Source of the DNA: a virus
DNA: 64,000 nucleotides
Virus record (IMG/VR): IMGVR_UViG_3300008262_000017
Location: 28,406 to 92,405 of that record
Direction: 5' to 3' (one strand)
Shown here: positions 8,601 through 20,300 of the stretch, one piece after another
Position numbering within the stretch: the stretch's first letter is position 1
How the letters are laid out: each line of letters starts with the position of its first letter
Program-made: the position numbers and the translations under genes
The notes under the pieces: generated by a model
What the model saw: the letters and a program-made list of their open reading frames with translations, nothing else
The model's database searches: none
What the model was told of the DNA's origin: nothing

Positions 8601-11291
8601 TTAGTGTAGATCAACCCATGTGCCAGGAGTTACGTATGCTTGAATTTTTCCTGCATCTGTATTATAAACAAGCTCTCCATAATTTAGAGAAGATAAAATC
8701 CTAGCAGCTAATCCAGCATTCGTATAATTAGGAAGTCTAAAACTAGCACCATTTATGTTAGATCCTGTTTGATTAACTACAGAAATGTCACCATATAGAT
8801 AAGTTGATGTTCTATTTCCAGGAGCTGTACCTGGAACAACTTGAACTGCATATTGATTTTGTACTCCTGAGTCATCAAAAACACTCATTAAAATACCAAA
8901 TTTTCCTGATCTTATTTTTATATCATTTAATGTAGAAGCTAATGTTAGACCAGCAGGTGCTGTAACAGATGCACCACTAACTGGACCAAAATGTGTTCCT
9001 GTTGTATTGCCTGATAAATTTGCATTAATTGCACTACTAACTGTTAATCCGGTTAAAGTGCCTAGACTAGTTATGTTAGTTTGAGCTGGCGATAAAACAA
9101 ATCCTGTTAAGTCTCCTGTAACATTACCAGTTACATCACCATTTAAATCACCAGACACATTACCTACAAACAATGCTGTGGGGGAAGTTGTATCTAAAAT
9201 TACATTATTCGATGATGACGAAATTACATTACCTTTAAGATTAGCAAGTAGTTCATTTGGAATAACTTGCTGTTCAGAATACTTCCAACCCTGTGAAGAG
9301 TTTGTGTAAACTAGTCCAAAAGCTGTATTCTTATCATTTACTAAAAGATCTTCGTCAAGACTTACAATGTTGTCCATCTTAATTGTAAAAACTAAATCGT
9401 TTGCAGGACTTAGACCACCTAATTCTGTTCCAAGAACTTTAATTATATCGTTATTTCTATACCCTAATCCGTGATTAACTATTTCAATATTAATTGACCC
9501 TGAAGTATAAGTTCCTGTAGAAAGCACATTTACATTAAGTAACAGTCCTGAGCCTGTAGACGGTCCTAAGTTTACTGTAGAAATATTTGCATAGCTTCCA
9601 GTAGCATCAGCTGTTCCTGCTAAAGAACTAAGATCAATTCTTCTAAATCTAATAATGTTTAATTCAGATCCAGGTAAATCAAACGTACCATCAAAGTCAA
9701 TAAATCTAATTATATCCCCAGCAATAGGCACTTCAGGAAGTACTATATTAATAGTACCCGAAGCTGTACTTGCAAAAATTCTTTGTCCAGCTTCTGCCAG
9801 ATAATTGTTTTCGGCAACTTCTGCCCAAGGTTCGCCTATTAGTCCATCGACATAGCCTTTTGTTGCTGCATCAGTCGAAAACGCTGGAAAATAAATGTTA
9901 GTAATTCTACTGTTAGAAACATCGATAACACCTATGCCTGCTGGATTAATTATCAAACTTCCAGAAGAAGTACTAATAGTATTTCCATTAATATTAACGT
10001 TGTCAACTTGAAGGTCAACTAGTGTTCCCAGTTGTGTTAAACCTTGAGCTGATGTAATAGTATTTTTTATTGCAGTTTCAGAAATTAAATCTACACCGCC
10101 AACTTTTATTGAAGTTCCGCTAGGAATATTAATACCTTCACTAAAATTCCAATTATCAGTAGATTCATTCCATAAAATAGTATGATCTGTTGTTCCTTTA
10201 AGTACAAGACCGCCCCCGTTTGCAGTGGCATCTGAAGGTGTAGCAGTTGATGCAAGAATAATTTGCTTATCATCAATAGATAATGTTGTGCTATTAATTG
10301 TTGTAGTTGCACCGTTAACTGTTAAGTTACCAGAAATTAAAACGTTACCGTTAACGTCTAATGCTGCTTGAGGATCTCCATTAAAAATTCCCACTCTATT
10401 AGTAGCAGATTTAACAGTTAATGCTTCATAAAAAATATTATTTGCACGAGTTGTAATTTTAAAATCTTGATCGTTTTTATTACTTCTAATTTCAAAATAA
10501 GATTGTTGAGGCGATGGTAATGTTACTACCTTTATTTCATTTTCTTGATTAACACCTAACTTTAAAGGAGTAGGATTTAATATGCTTAATATACCGCTAG
10601 TTGCATTGTTTCCATTTTTAATTAAAAAGTTATCAGCAGTTTGAGATTGTCCTAAACTATTAATTAAAGATTCTGCTCCTCTTGCTATGGCATTAACTCT
10701 GATGGTAGAAAAATCAGCAGAATTAAATCCAGGTTTAATTGTTGCTTGTGAATATTCAGACAATCCTGAAGGAGTAAATTCTGGATGACTACTGTAGTAA
10801 CCTAATAGCTCGCCTCCTGATCGTACTTCATCAACTAGTTTAATATTACCAAAGCTGTCAGACAGTTTTACAGGAAACATTCCTGATCTTCCGTCGCTTC
10901 TTCTCCAAGCAGGTCCTACTAAAACAGTTTCTAATCCATCATTAAAGTAAAATTGATTCTGCTCGTTGTCAATCCAAAAATCACCTTGACCTAGTGTTAA
11001 TGGTTGTGTAGGAGAAACTATAGGGCCGCTGGCAACTCTAAACCCGTTTCCGTCATATACTTTTAATCTACTATCAGTTAAATCAAACCATAATTGTCCG
11101 CTAATTGGATTATTAGGTTCTGTTGTGCTAGCAAAATTTTCTAAAAGCTTAACAAAATTTTCGTTAATGTATTCGCCATAGCCAGTGACGTTTTTTCCAA
11201 TAAGCGTTAGATCAGTTGCTGCTTGATCTATTTCGCTATCAAGAATTTCTTTTAATAAGCTACCATCAGTTTTGTTAATCTTATAGGTCAT
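8601..11291 (-). CDS. Baseplate wedge/tail fibre protein (T4 gp9/gp10-like segments)
   Basis: Same N-terminal GKN..GYGE..ENFVKLLENFA..GQLWFD module; DAATKGYVD fibre motif; gp9/10-like INIVLPEVPIAGDIIRFID. Confidence 0.65.
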   Translation of the reverse strand: MTYKINKTDGSLLKEILDSEIDQAATDLTLIGKNVTGYGEYINENFVKLLENFASTTEPNNPISGQLWFDLTDSRLKVYDGNGFRVASGPIVSPTQPLTLGQGDFWIDNEQNQFYFNDGLETVLVGPAWRRSDGRSGMFPVKLSDSFGNIKLVDEVRSGGELLGYYSSHPEFTPSGLSEYSQATIKPGFNSADFSTIRVNAIARGAESLINSLGQSQTADNFLIKNGNNATSGILSILNPTPLKLGVNQENEIKVVTLPSPQQSYFEIRSNKNDQDFKITTRANNIFYEALTVKSATNRVGIFNGDPQAALDVNGNVLISGNLTVNGATTTINSTTLSIDDKQIILASTATPSDATANGGGLVLKGTTDHTILWNESTDNWNFSEGINIPSGTSIKVGGVDLISETAIKNTITSAQGLTQLGTLVDLQVDNVNINGNTISTSSGSLIINPAGIGVIDVSNSRITNIYFPAFSTDAATKGYVDGLIGEPWAEVAENNYLAEAGQRIFASTASGTINIVLPEVPIAGDIIRFIDFDGTFDLPGSELNIIRFRRIDLSSLAGTADATGSYANISTVNLGPSTGSGLLLNVNVLSTGTYTSGSINIEIVNHGLGYRNNDIIKVLGTELGGLSPANDLVFTIKMDNIVSLDEDLLVNDKNTAFGLVYTNSSQGWKYSEQQVIPNELLANLKGNVISSSSNNVILDTTSPTALFVGNVSGDLNGDVTGNVTGDLTGFVLSPAQTNITSLGTLTGLTVSSAINANLSGNTTGTHFGPVSGASVTAPAGLTLASTLNDIKIRSGKFGILMSVFDDSGVQNQYAVQVVPGTAPGNRTSTYLYGDISVVNQTGSNINGASFRLPNYTNAGLAARILSSLNYGELVYNTDAGKIQAYVTPGTWVDLH

Positions 11292-13672
11292 TCTTGTATC
11301 CTACCGGTATAGATAATATAATTTATTGTTTGATAAGGGTTAACAATATCAAATGGTTGTCCTAGAGGTGAAGCTGTATCTATACCTCCGGAGTTCTTTA
11401 AGAAGTGTCCTGCATTCGAAGTGAAATACAAGTTAGTTTCTATTACATTAGGTTCTGGAACAGGTCCAGTAGCATTTGCAACTGCATAATATTGGTTTCC
11501 AGTACTGTCTTTTAGATCGTGCTGGTGTTCTGGAAGTTGGCTTGTTGTTAGCGTGTGTCTACTTGTTCCTCCAACATTGCCAATAGTTGTTGCATTTGGA
11601 ACTCTAGGAGGAGTAGGCGTGCCGCCTCCAGCGTCTATAACACCAACAGAACTTAATATTAAATTACTTGCTGCAAGTAACGGTGCTTGAGGAGAACAGG
11701 ATACAATTATTTCTGTTTGTCCTGTTGGAACGCCAAAACTGTCTAAAATAGGAATTACCGAGTTAATAACTGCTGCACTAAGACTTACATTTAAGCCTGT
11801 GCCTATTAGCGGTCTACCAATTTGGAAAGGGCCGTTAGTTGTTAAAGAATCAGTAACTACAAATCTTGCAGTAATGGCGCCGTCAGCTACTTCGTTTCTA
11901 GTAACACTTGTTGCTAAAATTTCTTTGTTAATAGAATTACTATTATCCATGTTTTCTCTACCTAGAGGAAAACGTCCTCTCAAATCAGGAAGAGCAAAAG
12001 TTTGAAATCCTTGAAGCAAAGTTTCATTTTTATACTTAAATCCAATAACTGAAAACAATCTAAAATAAACATTTCTACTTTGTTCGCTACCGTCGCATAG
12101 TAAGTATCCTGGAGGAAGTTCTTCTCCTGCAAAAGGCATAATACTACCTACAGGAACTACACCTATACCTTTTAATATTACTGATCTAGTAACTTTGTTA
12201 AAAGAAGTGTTTCCAGGTCTTGATAATAAGAACAAATCATTTTCGTTAATATCTGTAACTGCTGTTTTATTTGTAACAAATGACGGACTAATTTCTGTAG
12301 TTAATACTACTGAACTTGTACCATTAAAACTAACAGCATTGTTTGTTGTAACATCTCCTGTTATACTAAAATTAACTGAAGATGACAATTGACTTGCGGA
12401 CCCTGACAGTGTTCCAAAAAATTGCCCGCTAAAAGAATCAGCAGTGATTGTGTCTACAAAAATATTTTTAGAATATATATTGTTAAATCTCTTAGTAGGA
12501 GATCCAATAGCTGTTAAGTTTGTAAATTTAGGTAATAGGTCTGAGTTAACTGTTACTATTCCGCCAACGTTAAAATTTTCTCCAACGTTAAGAGTTTTTG
12601 CTACACCTACGCCTCCACTAAAAATAGCAGATCCTACAGATGTACTTCCTGTGTTACTTACATCATCAGCAGTATTTGTAATCCTTAATATGCCCGAAGA
12701 AGAAATATTTCCTTCTACGTCTAAAGTTGCACTTGGGTTTTTATTAATACCTACTTTTTTGTCACCAGTAACTGTAACAACATCATTAAAAACGTTAGTA
12801 CCAGATTCAGTAGTTTTTAAAACAATAACTGATCCTGGTGTCTTTTGATGAATAACTGTTCCTACGATACTTGAAGAAATAGAAGTTTCTAAACTAGGGC
12901 CAACGTTTAATCCTGTTGCACTTCTAATGTTTAGTGTATTGTTTGTTGTACTAACTACATCGCTACGCAAGAAATTAGATGCAGAGATTATAGTGTTTCC
13001 AATTACTAAAGATTCAGCCTTTTCACTAGTTCCCCAAAATTTATTTTTATTAACTCCTGATAAATCAAAATCTTCATTAGATAATGTAATACCTCGTTTA
13101 ATAGATTCAAATCCTGCCAGTGTAGATTTAGGAGTAAATTCGTCTTTACTAAAAACTGCAACACGTTTATCTTCAATAAACATTGTCATTACAAGTTTTT
13201 GTAAGTTAGTAGCCCTGTCAGTAATTTCTTCAACTTTTAAACCTGTCGAACTTGCTTGGTTAAACTGAGGACCTACTAGTAGCCATTGAGCACCTGTCCA
13301 TAGATAAAGTTGTTGGTTAGCAGAGTCTGACCATAAATCTCCAATAACTACACCTTCTGAAGGTCTAGTACTACTTTTGTAAATATTTCCTGCAGGAATC
13401 CAATTTTTACTTTTATCTAAGACTTTTAATTGAGGATTAGTTGCATTTGTGTCATACCAAAGTTGCCCTGGAACAGATTTTTCTCTAGACGGAGCACTGT
13501 TGTTTGCAAAATTTTCTAGAAGGTGTAAAAAATTTTCTCCAATTACTTGAGCATATCCAGGATAATTTTTTCCTACAAAAGTAAGACTTGTTTGAGTGTT
13601 AAGATCTTGGTCTGCTATTGTTATACCGTTAGGATTAGCTACTTGATCTGTAAAATTAATCTTATAAGCCAT
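11288..13672 (-). CDS. Tail fibre protein with phage tail-collar domain (short tail fibre-like)
   Basis: PVGSIMPFAG..PPGYLLCDGS..LFSVIG..FALPDLRGRFPLG collar; HTLTTSQLPEHQH; C-terminal NPYQTINYII. Confidence 0.8.
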   Translation of the reverse strand: MAYKINFTDQVANPNGITIADQDLNTQTSLTFVGKNYPGYAQVIGENFLHLLENFANNSAPSREKSVPGQLWYDTNATNPQLKVLDKSKNWIPAGNIYKSSTRPSEGVVIGDLWSDSANQQLYLWTGAQWLLVGPQFNQASSTGLKVEEITDRATNLQKLVMTMFIEDKRVAVFSKDEFTPKSTLAGFESIKRGITLSNEDFDLSGVNKNKFWGTSEKAESLVIGNTIISASNFLRSDVVSTTNNTLNIRSATGLNVGPSLETSISSSIVGTVIHQKTPGSVIVLKTTESGTNVFNDVVTVTGDKKVGINKNPSATLDVEGNISSSGILRITNTADDVSNTGSTSVGSAIFSGGVGVAKTLNVGENFNVGGIVTVNSDLLPKFTNLTAIGSPTKRFNNIYSKNIFVDTITADSFSGQFFGTLSGSASQLSSSVNFSITGDVTTNNAVSFNGTSSVVLTTEISPSFVTNKTAVTDINENDLFLLSRPGNTSFNKVTRSVILKGIGVVPVGSIMPFAGEELPPGYLLCDGSEQSRNVYFRLFSVIGFKYKNETLLQGFQTFALPDLRGRFPLGRENMDNSNSINKEILATSVTRNEVADGAITARFVVTDSLTTNGPFQIGRPLIGTGLNVSLSAAVINSVIPILDSFGVPTGQTEIIVSCSPQAPLLAASNLILSSVGVIDAGGGTPTPPRVPNATTIGNVGGTSRHTLTTSQLPEHQHDLKDSTGNQYYAVANATGPVPEPNVIETNLYFTSNAGHFLKNSGGIDTASPLGQPFDIVNPYQTINYIIYTGRIQE

Positions 13673-13674
13673 TG

Positions 13675-14286
13675 TTATGCAACCTCACTTAGACCTGTTA
13701 AGCTTTGAATTCTAACAGTGTAATCAATCTGGATCAATCTGTTTAAACTTTTTTGTACAGGATGAAAAATAACATGAGTTAGCAGTCTACCTTCGCCGCT
13801 AGGGCTGTAAGACACTAAACCTAGTTCATCAAAAACATAAGCACTGTTATTATCACTAGTGTTATCAAAAGCTTCTTGACCGCTTGGCTCGCCGTAGTCT
13901 AATAGGCAAGTAACAAATACATCAGTATAATTTGTACCTGTCAAATGGCGAATCTCTATACGGTTTCTAGTAGGATCTAAATTTCCAGAACTTCGATCAT
14001 TGACTATTTTTCTATAAGTTTCATTATACAAACTAGCATTAGTTCCTGTACTGTTTGGCGTAAGGTAAGTAATGATACCTGTTGGATCTACGTTAGTTCC
14101 TCCATTACCAAAGGCCATAGCATTTATAAATCCCTGCCCAGAGTCTGCAATACTTTCTGCAAGAGCAATACTCATATTTTCGTAATGGATGGCGTTTCGT
14201 TTATTAATATAAACTTCGGCAGATTCAGGGTCCCATATTTTAATGTGGCCCTCAACATGAATTCCTGATAGATCTTTACCTTGCAT
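13675..14286 (-). CDS. Conserved virion structural protein (baseplate region)
   Basis: GHIKI..NAIH..FGNGG..FDELGL..LLTHVIFHPVQKS pattern; own late promoter. Confidence 0.65.
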   Translation of the reverse strand: MQGKDLSGIHVEGHIKIWDPESAEVYINKRNAIHYENMSIALAESIADSGQGFINAMAFGNGGTNVDPTGIITYLTPNSTGTNASLYNETYRKIVNDRSSGNLDPTRNRIEIRHLTGTNYTDVFVTCLLDYGEPSGQEAFDNTSDNNSAYVFDELGLVSYSPSGEGRLLTHVIFHPVQKSLNRLIQIDYTVRIQSLTGLSEVA

Positions 14287-14309
14287 AATGGTCTCTTTTT
14301 GATTTTATG

Positions 14310-14315
14310 TATTTA
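14310..14315 (-). promoter_or_regulatory. gp55-type late promoter (TAAATA)
   Basis: aTAAATA upstream of 14286. Confidence 0.55.
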
Positions 14316-14347
14316 TTCTTTGAATAAACTGAGTAGTTAACATATAT

Positions 14348-17300
14348 TTAGCTCCTTACAGTTGCAGCTGGCCAAACAGTTTTTACTGCTTTAACAAATT
14401 TAGCAACGGCGTTTTCTGAATTTGCTAAACGCTTTCCTAGGTCATTCCATACCTTTCCTTGTTTCTTAATTACTACAACTAATGTTCCTAGTTGTGGCGT
14501 ATCTCTTAGTTGTACAAAACCTGAAGAATAAGTAAATTCAGGAGCACGAACGACATCTCCTTCTGGACTATAAGGATAATTTGTATTAGCGTATATAGTA
14601 TATTGGTTCTTTTTCAGTCTATAACCTCCTACAAAAACTTCTATACTATCTGTAGGACGAGTGTTAACAAAATCAACTATCATTTTTCCGTTTACATAAA
14701 CTTGATCTTGTACTAAACTTCCATTAAGTCTCTTTTCGTCACTTCTAGCAATCAAATATTCATCCTTATAAGGAATAGTTTCACTAGGTCCAATATTTTG
14801 AATTAAAGTGCCTACAGAATGTTGAGTAGGAATTCCTGTTCCTAATGTTCCTCTACGAAGTTGACTTAGTATGTTTCCGTCCTTACTAAAGTATTCAATT
14901 CTTTCTCCATTAATTTCAATAACTCCTGGTTTATTTTCAGAAGGATTAGGAATGTCTAGTGTATTAGAATCTAAAACAATAATATCCCTATCTCTTTGAG
15001 ATAAAGGTTGAGCTAGTGCGGTTGTCTTATCCATGTTTAATCGCTTGTAATGTGTGCGATTCATTATGTCTTTAAACTGCATAAATCCAAACTGATCTTC
15101 AACAACAGTATTTGTAAAGGCAATAATTTGAACTTTATCTTCTTCTGCAACATAAGTGTTTAGTATAACAGTTTGTTTGTCTTCTGCTAATTCGTAATCT
15201 ACTTTGTGAGATAATAATAATCCGTTCTTTATTACCCAAACAAAGTCACCGCTAGAAACAGTAGAGTTAAGTTTAAATACTCCTCCTAATTTTGCGTTAT
15301 ATTCAAAATATTCAGGACTTGCAAGATCTAATATAGGAATTGGACTAAATGTATCAACTGTTCTCTGAATATCTAAAGTATTATGATTATAAAAACTTAA
15401 AATTTCAAACTTAGTGTTTGACTCATATTCTTTATTAAAAGTAATAGTTTTAGTTAAACTATCTATAGAATAATCTGCAAAAGATGTAACACCTATAATT
15501 AAATTGCCATTTTCAACGTATCTAGAAGGAACTAACGATACTTCGACTCCGTTTAAATCTTGTTGAAGTACAAATGATGCTGAAAGTCCTACACCTGTTC
15601 CAGATCCGCCTTCGAGGATAAATGGAGCAGTAGGAAAATCAACATATAATCCAGGATCAATCAAATCAGCACGTAATATTGATCCTCCCCCTATAACAGA
15701 TGACACTAAGAAAGTTGCAATTCTATCGTAGGATATTCCTCCTACTAGTTCAATAATGTCTCCTTCTACATAACCTGATCCTCCTTCAAGAACAAAGTTA
15801 TTAATGTCAATACCATATAAAGGAACAGAGTAATTTAAGTTAACATTAAAATCTGATCCAACACTTAGTTGTTCTCCATTTAAGTATACTACTAAATTAT
15901 CTACGTTAACTTCAGTTGCTTGATACTTACTGTCTTCGAGAGCGTAAGTTAGTTGCAGGTTCTTTATTGTAAAATAATTGTAACTTGGAGAAGAAAGTAT
16001 TTCATTTTCTGTTTTAACTAAAACATTTGCTTCAAATGGTAAATCAACACCGATAGTATTTGTTAAACTATAAGTTGCTGTTCCTTCTTGATAATCAATA
16101 ATTTGAGATTTAATAATACTTGCAGTTTGAGAAATATCAGCAGAATCTATTATAAAGTTAATAACAGCTCCAGCCGGAGGTGCTTCAGGAAACTGGATAC
16201 CAAGTCTAGACCTCCATGTTTGTCCTTCTAAATCTGTGTAATTTGAATCTGTACTAAAGATAGTAAACGGTACAACTTCTCCGTTTACTAGCACAGTTGC
16301 ATTAACACTAGGTAGCCAAGGAGAACGAGTAATGTATTCAGTTGTTTCTCCATCTGAAATATAATAATCTAAGTCTAAAATATTTTCAGCGTTAAAGCTA
16401 ACGCTTATAATAGAAACTTCTAATCCTGCCGGAGGAGTGACTTCAAGAATAACTTTATTATTTTGATAATCAATAGTGTAATCGTCTTCAAATATTAAAA
16501 TTTGATCAGCTAATTTTACAATAACAGAGTTACTATTTGGAAAGTATTGCCCAATAACAAATTCATTAGTTAGACCATTAGTCAAATGAGTTTTAAACAG
16601 TATGTTAGGACATCCGCCAGTCGGTCTTGAATAAACTTTAATGGCCAATGTATCCATAACTTGCCCTGGCACTACTTCTTCAGGTGCATGACTAGTCATT
16701 GCTGTAACAAATCCGTCACCGTCTAAAGTAATATCATCGGGTGCAAATCCAGTAGCAGTATTATATGCTAGGTTGCCTCCAGACAGTTTAGTGTCATAGT
16801 CGTCATCTCTAGGATTGATAGATCCGTCACTTTCAATTTTTCGAATGATGATTCTATCGCCGTAATCTTCGTTATCTATTACATAAGTTTGTAAATTGAG
16901 AGATTGAGGTAATACTAAAATATCAATTTCGCCGTCGCCGACAAAAGAAATCATAGATGCATCATTATTGTAAACTCTCCATTTTCCAGAAGTTAACCCT
17001 TCAAGGAAAGAGGACTGAGATACGTGTGAAACTAAACAGACATACTTTTTATCAGAACCAATAACTGATCCTTTGACATAGTTAGTGTTAGGAGTCCAAC
17101 TACCTAAAGAAGTTACACCAAATGCTGAGTCATCAATTTTTATAGGATCTTCGTGTTTTAAAGTTACATTATTAAATCTAGCAATATAAACATTTAAGAT
17201 TTGATTTTTTTCAGGAACATAAGGAAGACTAATTTGATAAGATGGAGTTCCTGTTGCATCTATAATGAAATCGTCAAAATCTGGAGCGGTAGTGTCCCAT

Positions 17301-20300
17301 ACCTCTGAGAACCAAGGAAGACTGTCCCATCCAAAAGATGCTTCAAACCCTAGTCCTGTAACAGCTACTCCGCCATAATCAACTCCTGTCATTAGTTGAC
17401 TTAGATCTTTTCCTAACTGACCTGTTGTAGGTTTATAATAAAAATTAATTCTATCTGTTGCAGCTAGATGATTAAAGTTTTTATGATACTCAATTATTAT
17501 CTCGCTGCCTTTAACAGGAGGCTCTGCAAATGTTAAAAGTCCAGAATACTCTGTAACACTTCCATTAAATGTAGAAACCGTGGTTAACTTATATTCATTT
17601 TTTAATACTTCTGCACCGTTAAGATATACAAGATAACTATCAGTGCTGATGTTAGGGCTCCATATTAGAGGAAACTGTGTCTTAGATCCAGACGCTGTAA
17701 AAGTTTCAGATACTTCTAAATTTGTAATTTGATAAGACTTTGAAATTCTATCAAATTTAATTGTTGTACCAGTTGTTCTTGCAAGAGAATCTCCTATTAT
17801 TGCCACAGCTCTTGCCGGAGTACCTCCTAGGCCAAGTCCTCCTTTTATAATAACATTAGGAGCCTTAGTCCATCTAGAACCAGCTTTGATTAAATCAATT
17901 CTGTTTACTTTACCGTTTGCAATATAAGCTTTTGCAAGTGTCGGAGTTCCTCCGGACAATTGATCTCCTACTATTTCTACTGTTGGATTTAAAATGTATC
18001 CGTTTCCTGGATCAACTATTTTTACACTTATTACTTTAAATCCTAGAGTGTCTGCCCAATTTTTCCATGGGTATTGATTTATTTCAGCAAAACTTGTAAC
18101 TACTTCTGTTCCTTGAACATAGACTGTTAAAGGAGATACTGAATAATCTTGATTAATTACTGGCAACAAATCAAAATCAGTTACAACAGTTTTAGTAGGG
18201 TCTAACGCATCATAACTACTTACAAACTCCCTAATTTTAGTTCTGTACGGTTTAACTTCTTTTATGTACTCTTCAAAATTTTCAAGGTTGTCGTTTTTAT
18301 AAGTTATTTTCTGTGTAAGTTCTCCAACATTATGTTGACTCTTAACAAAGCTAGTTTTAAACACCCAGTCAACTAATAGTTGCTCGCTTAGAACATACTT
18401 AACGCTTGCAAAGAAAAGTTTTAGATATTCAACTCTATACTGATCTATTAAGATGTCATCTCTAATAGATTCTAATATAATTTTAAGTTCCGTAACTGGG
18501 TAATTATCGTATAGGTTAGCATCTAACAGTAGATTATCATAGGTAGTTAACGGACTATAAATTGAACTTAAAAATTCAACAGTTCCGTTTTGTCTAGCAA
18601 TGACTTCGTAATTTTCTGTATAATCAATTGTAACCTTATCATTAAATTTTCTTAATAACATCCATCCGCCTGAACCAATGTTATTAATTTTAACAACACT
18701 TCCTACACGAACATCAGTTACTACTAGCTGATGAGTATTTTCAAAAATTTTATCAATTTTTGTAAACTGATTAAATCCTTCTTTATACCAGTCGATATAT
18801 TTCCAATACTTAGTAACATTGTAAGCTTGAGATTTTACTCTTTCCCATACATTGCTTTCTAAATTCCATTCGTAAATAGTCCAACTTTCTAATGCAAAAG
18901 TATCAGACGTGACTAACACTGACAGCGACCTAATGTCTAACACAGTATCGCTATCATAGCCTTCACCGCCGTTGATAATTTCTACTTTAATTACTTGGCC
19001 TAAAGCATTTACTACAGTTTTAATAACTGCACCCATGCCGTTGCCGCTAATTTTTAAATCTGGACCAAACCAAGCAATAGGATCTAACGTTTGGTTGTCG
19101 TATTGATAAGGCCTAAAGTTAGCATATCCGTTTCCTGAAGAAACTATTGTTACATCAATAATTTTACCGTTACTTACAACCGGATTAAAAATAGGTTTTA
19201 CAAAATTCTTTGTAGGAACAAATCGCAATTCTTCTTCTATATCTATATTTCTATCCCACTCTCCAGACACGGTTGTCGGAGCTACTTCAGCTTGTAATAA
19301 GTTTGAAAAATTATACGTATCAGCAATTAAGATATCTTTAAGTACTGTGTTAGTTCTTTCAACTAATTGTTTTAATGCTTCAATTCTGTTAATAAACATG
19401 CCTTGACGCGGTCTAAATTCAATACCGTATCTATTTTTAAAAGGCAACTTTAGATCTGGTACAAGTCTGCCAGCATCATCTTTTCCAATTAGACTATGGA
19501 ACCACTTGTTTTCAATTGCAGATGGAATAACAGTGTTTTTGTTTAAACTTAATAACTTCCATTGACTATGGAAGTTAGTTCTGTTATCAGTAATCCAATA
19601 CTGAACATTTAACGCAACATTGTTATCTTCAAGATACTTGTCAACGTTCACTAAACTTAGACAATTAGCACTGTTAAAAACAACGCAAGGATATCCATAA
19701 GAAATCGGATCTGCTATTAGCCTAGATACATTAGATGCGCTAACAGTTCTACCTTCTACATTAGGTACAGTTTTTTTATTTTTTACCCAATAGTAATATG
19801 TGCTTTTTACTTTTTGACTAATATTATCAAAATAAGTTTTTACACTATAGACGTTATTTCCGTACCTTGGTGCTCCGCTAATGCCTCTAGTAAATCCTTC
19901 TTCTGTGTCTGAAAGTGCAGACCATGCTGTTGGCAACAAATCAGTTTCAACCCATTCATAAATGTCAATGCTAGCAGTATCATACAGTTTATTCCAATTA
20001 GAAGATTTGTATAAAGAATCACCTGAGTGATTATCATAAAACCTTGCTCTTGATAGATCCCACCATAACATTCCGACATGTTCAGCAGTCCAATTTAAAC
20101 CTTCATCAACATTGACTCCTGTTCCAGTTGAATAAATTGCAGGGTCATAATATGTTTTAAATTTTATTTCTTGATCTGCTGCACCTGGAAGTTTTCCTTG
20201 TTGTGTATCAACTACATCAAGATATGTAATTAACTCGTTTGTTTTTTTGTTGTAAAGATATGCCTTCTTAATTTTAGAAACATCAATGTCTAATGATTGT

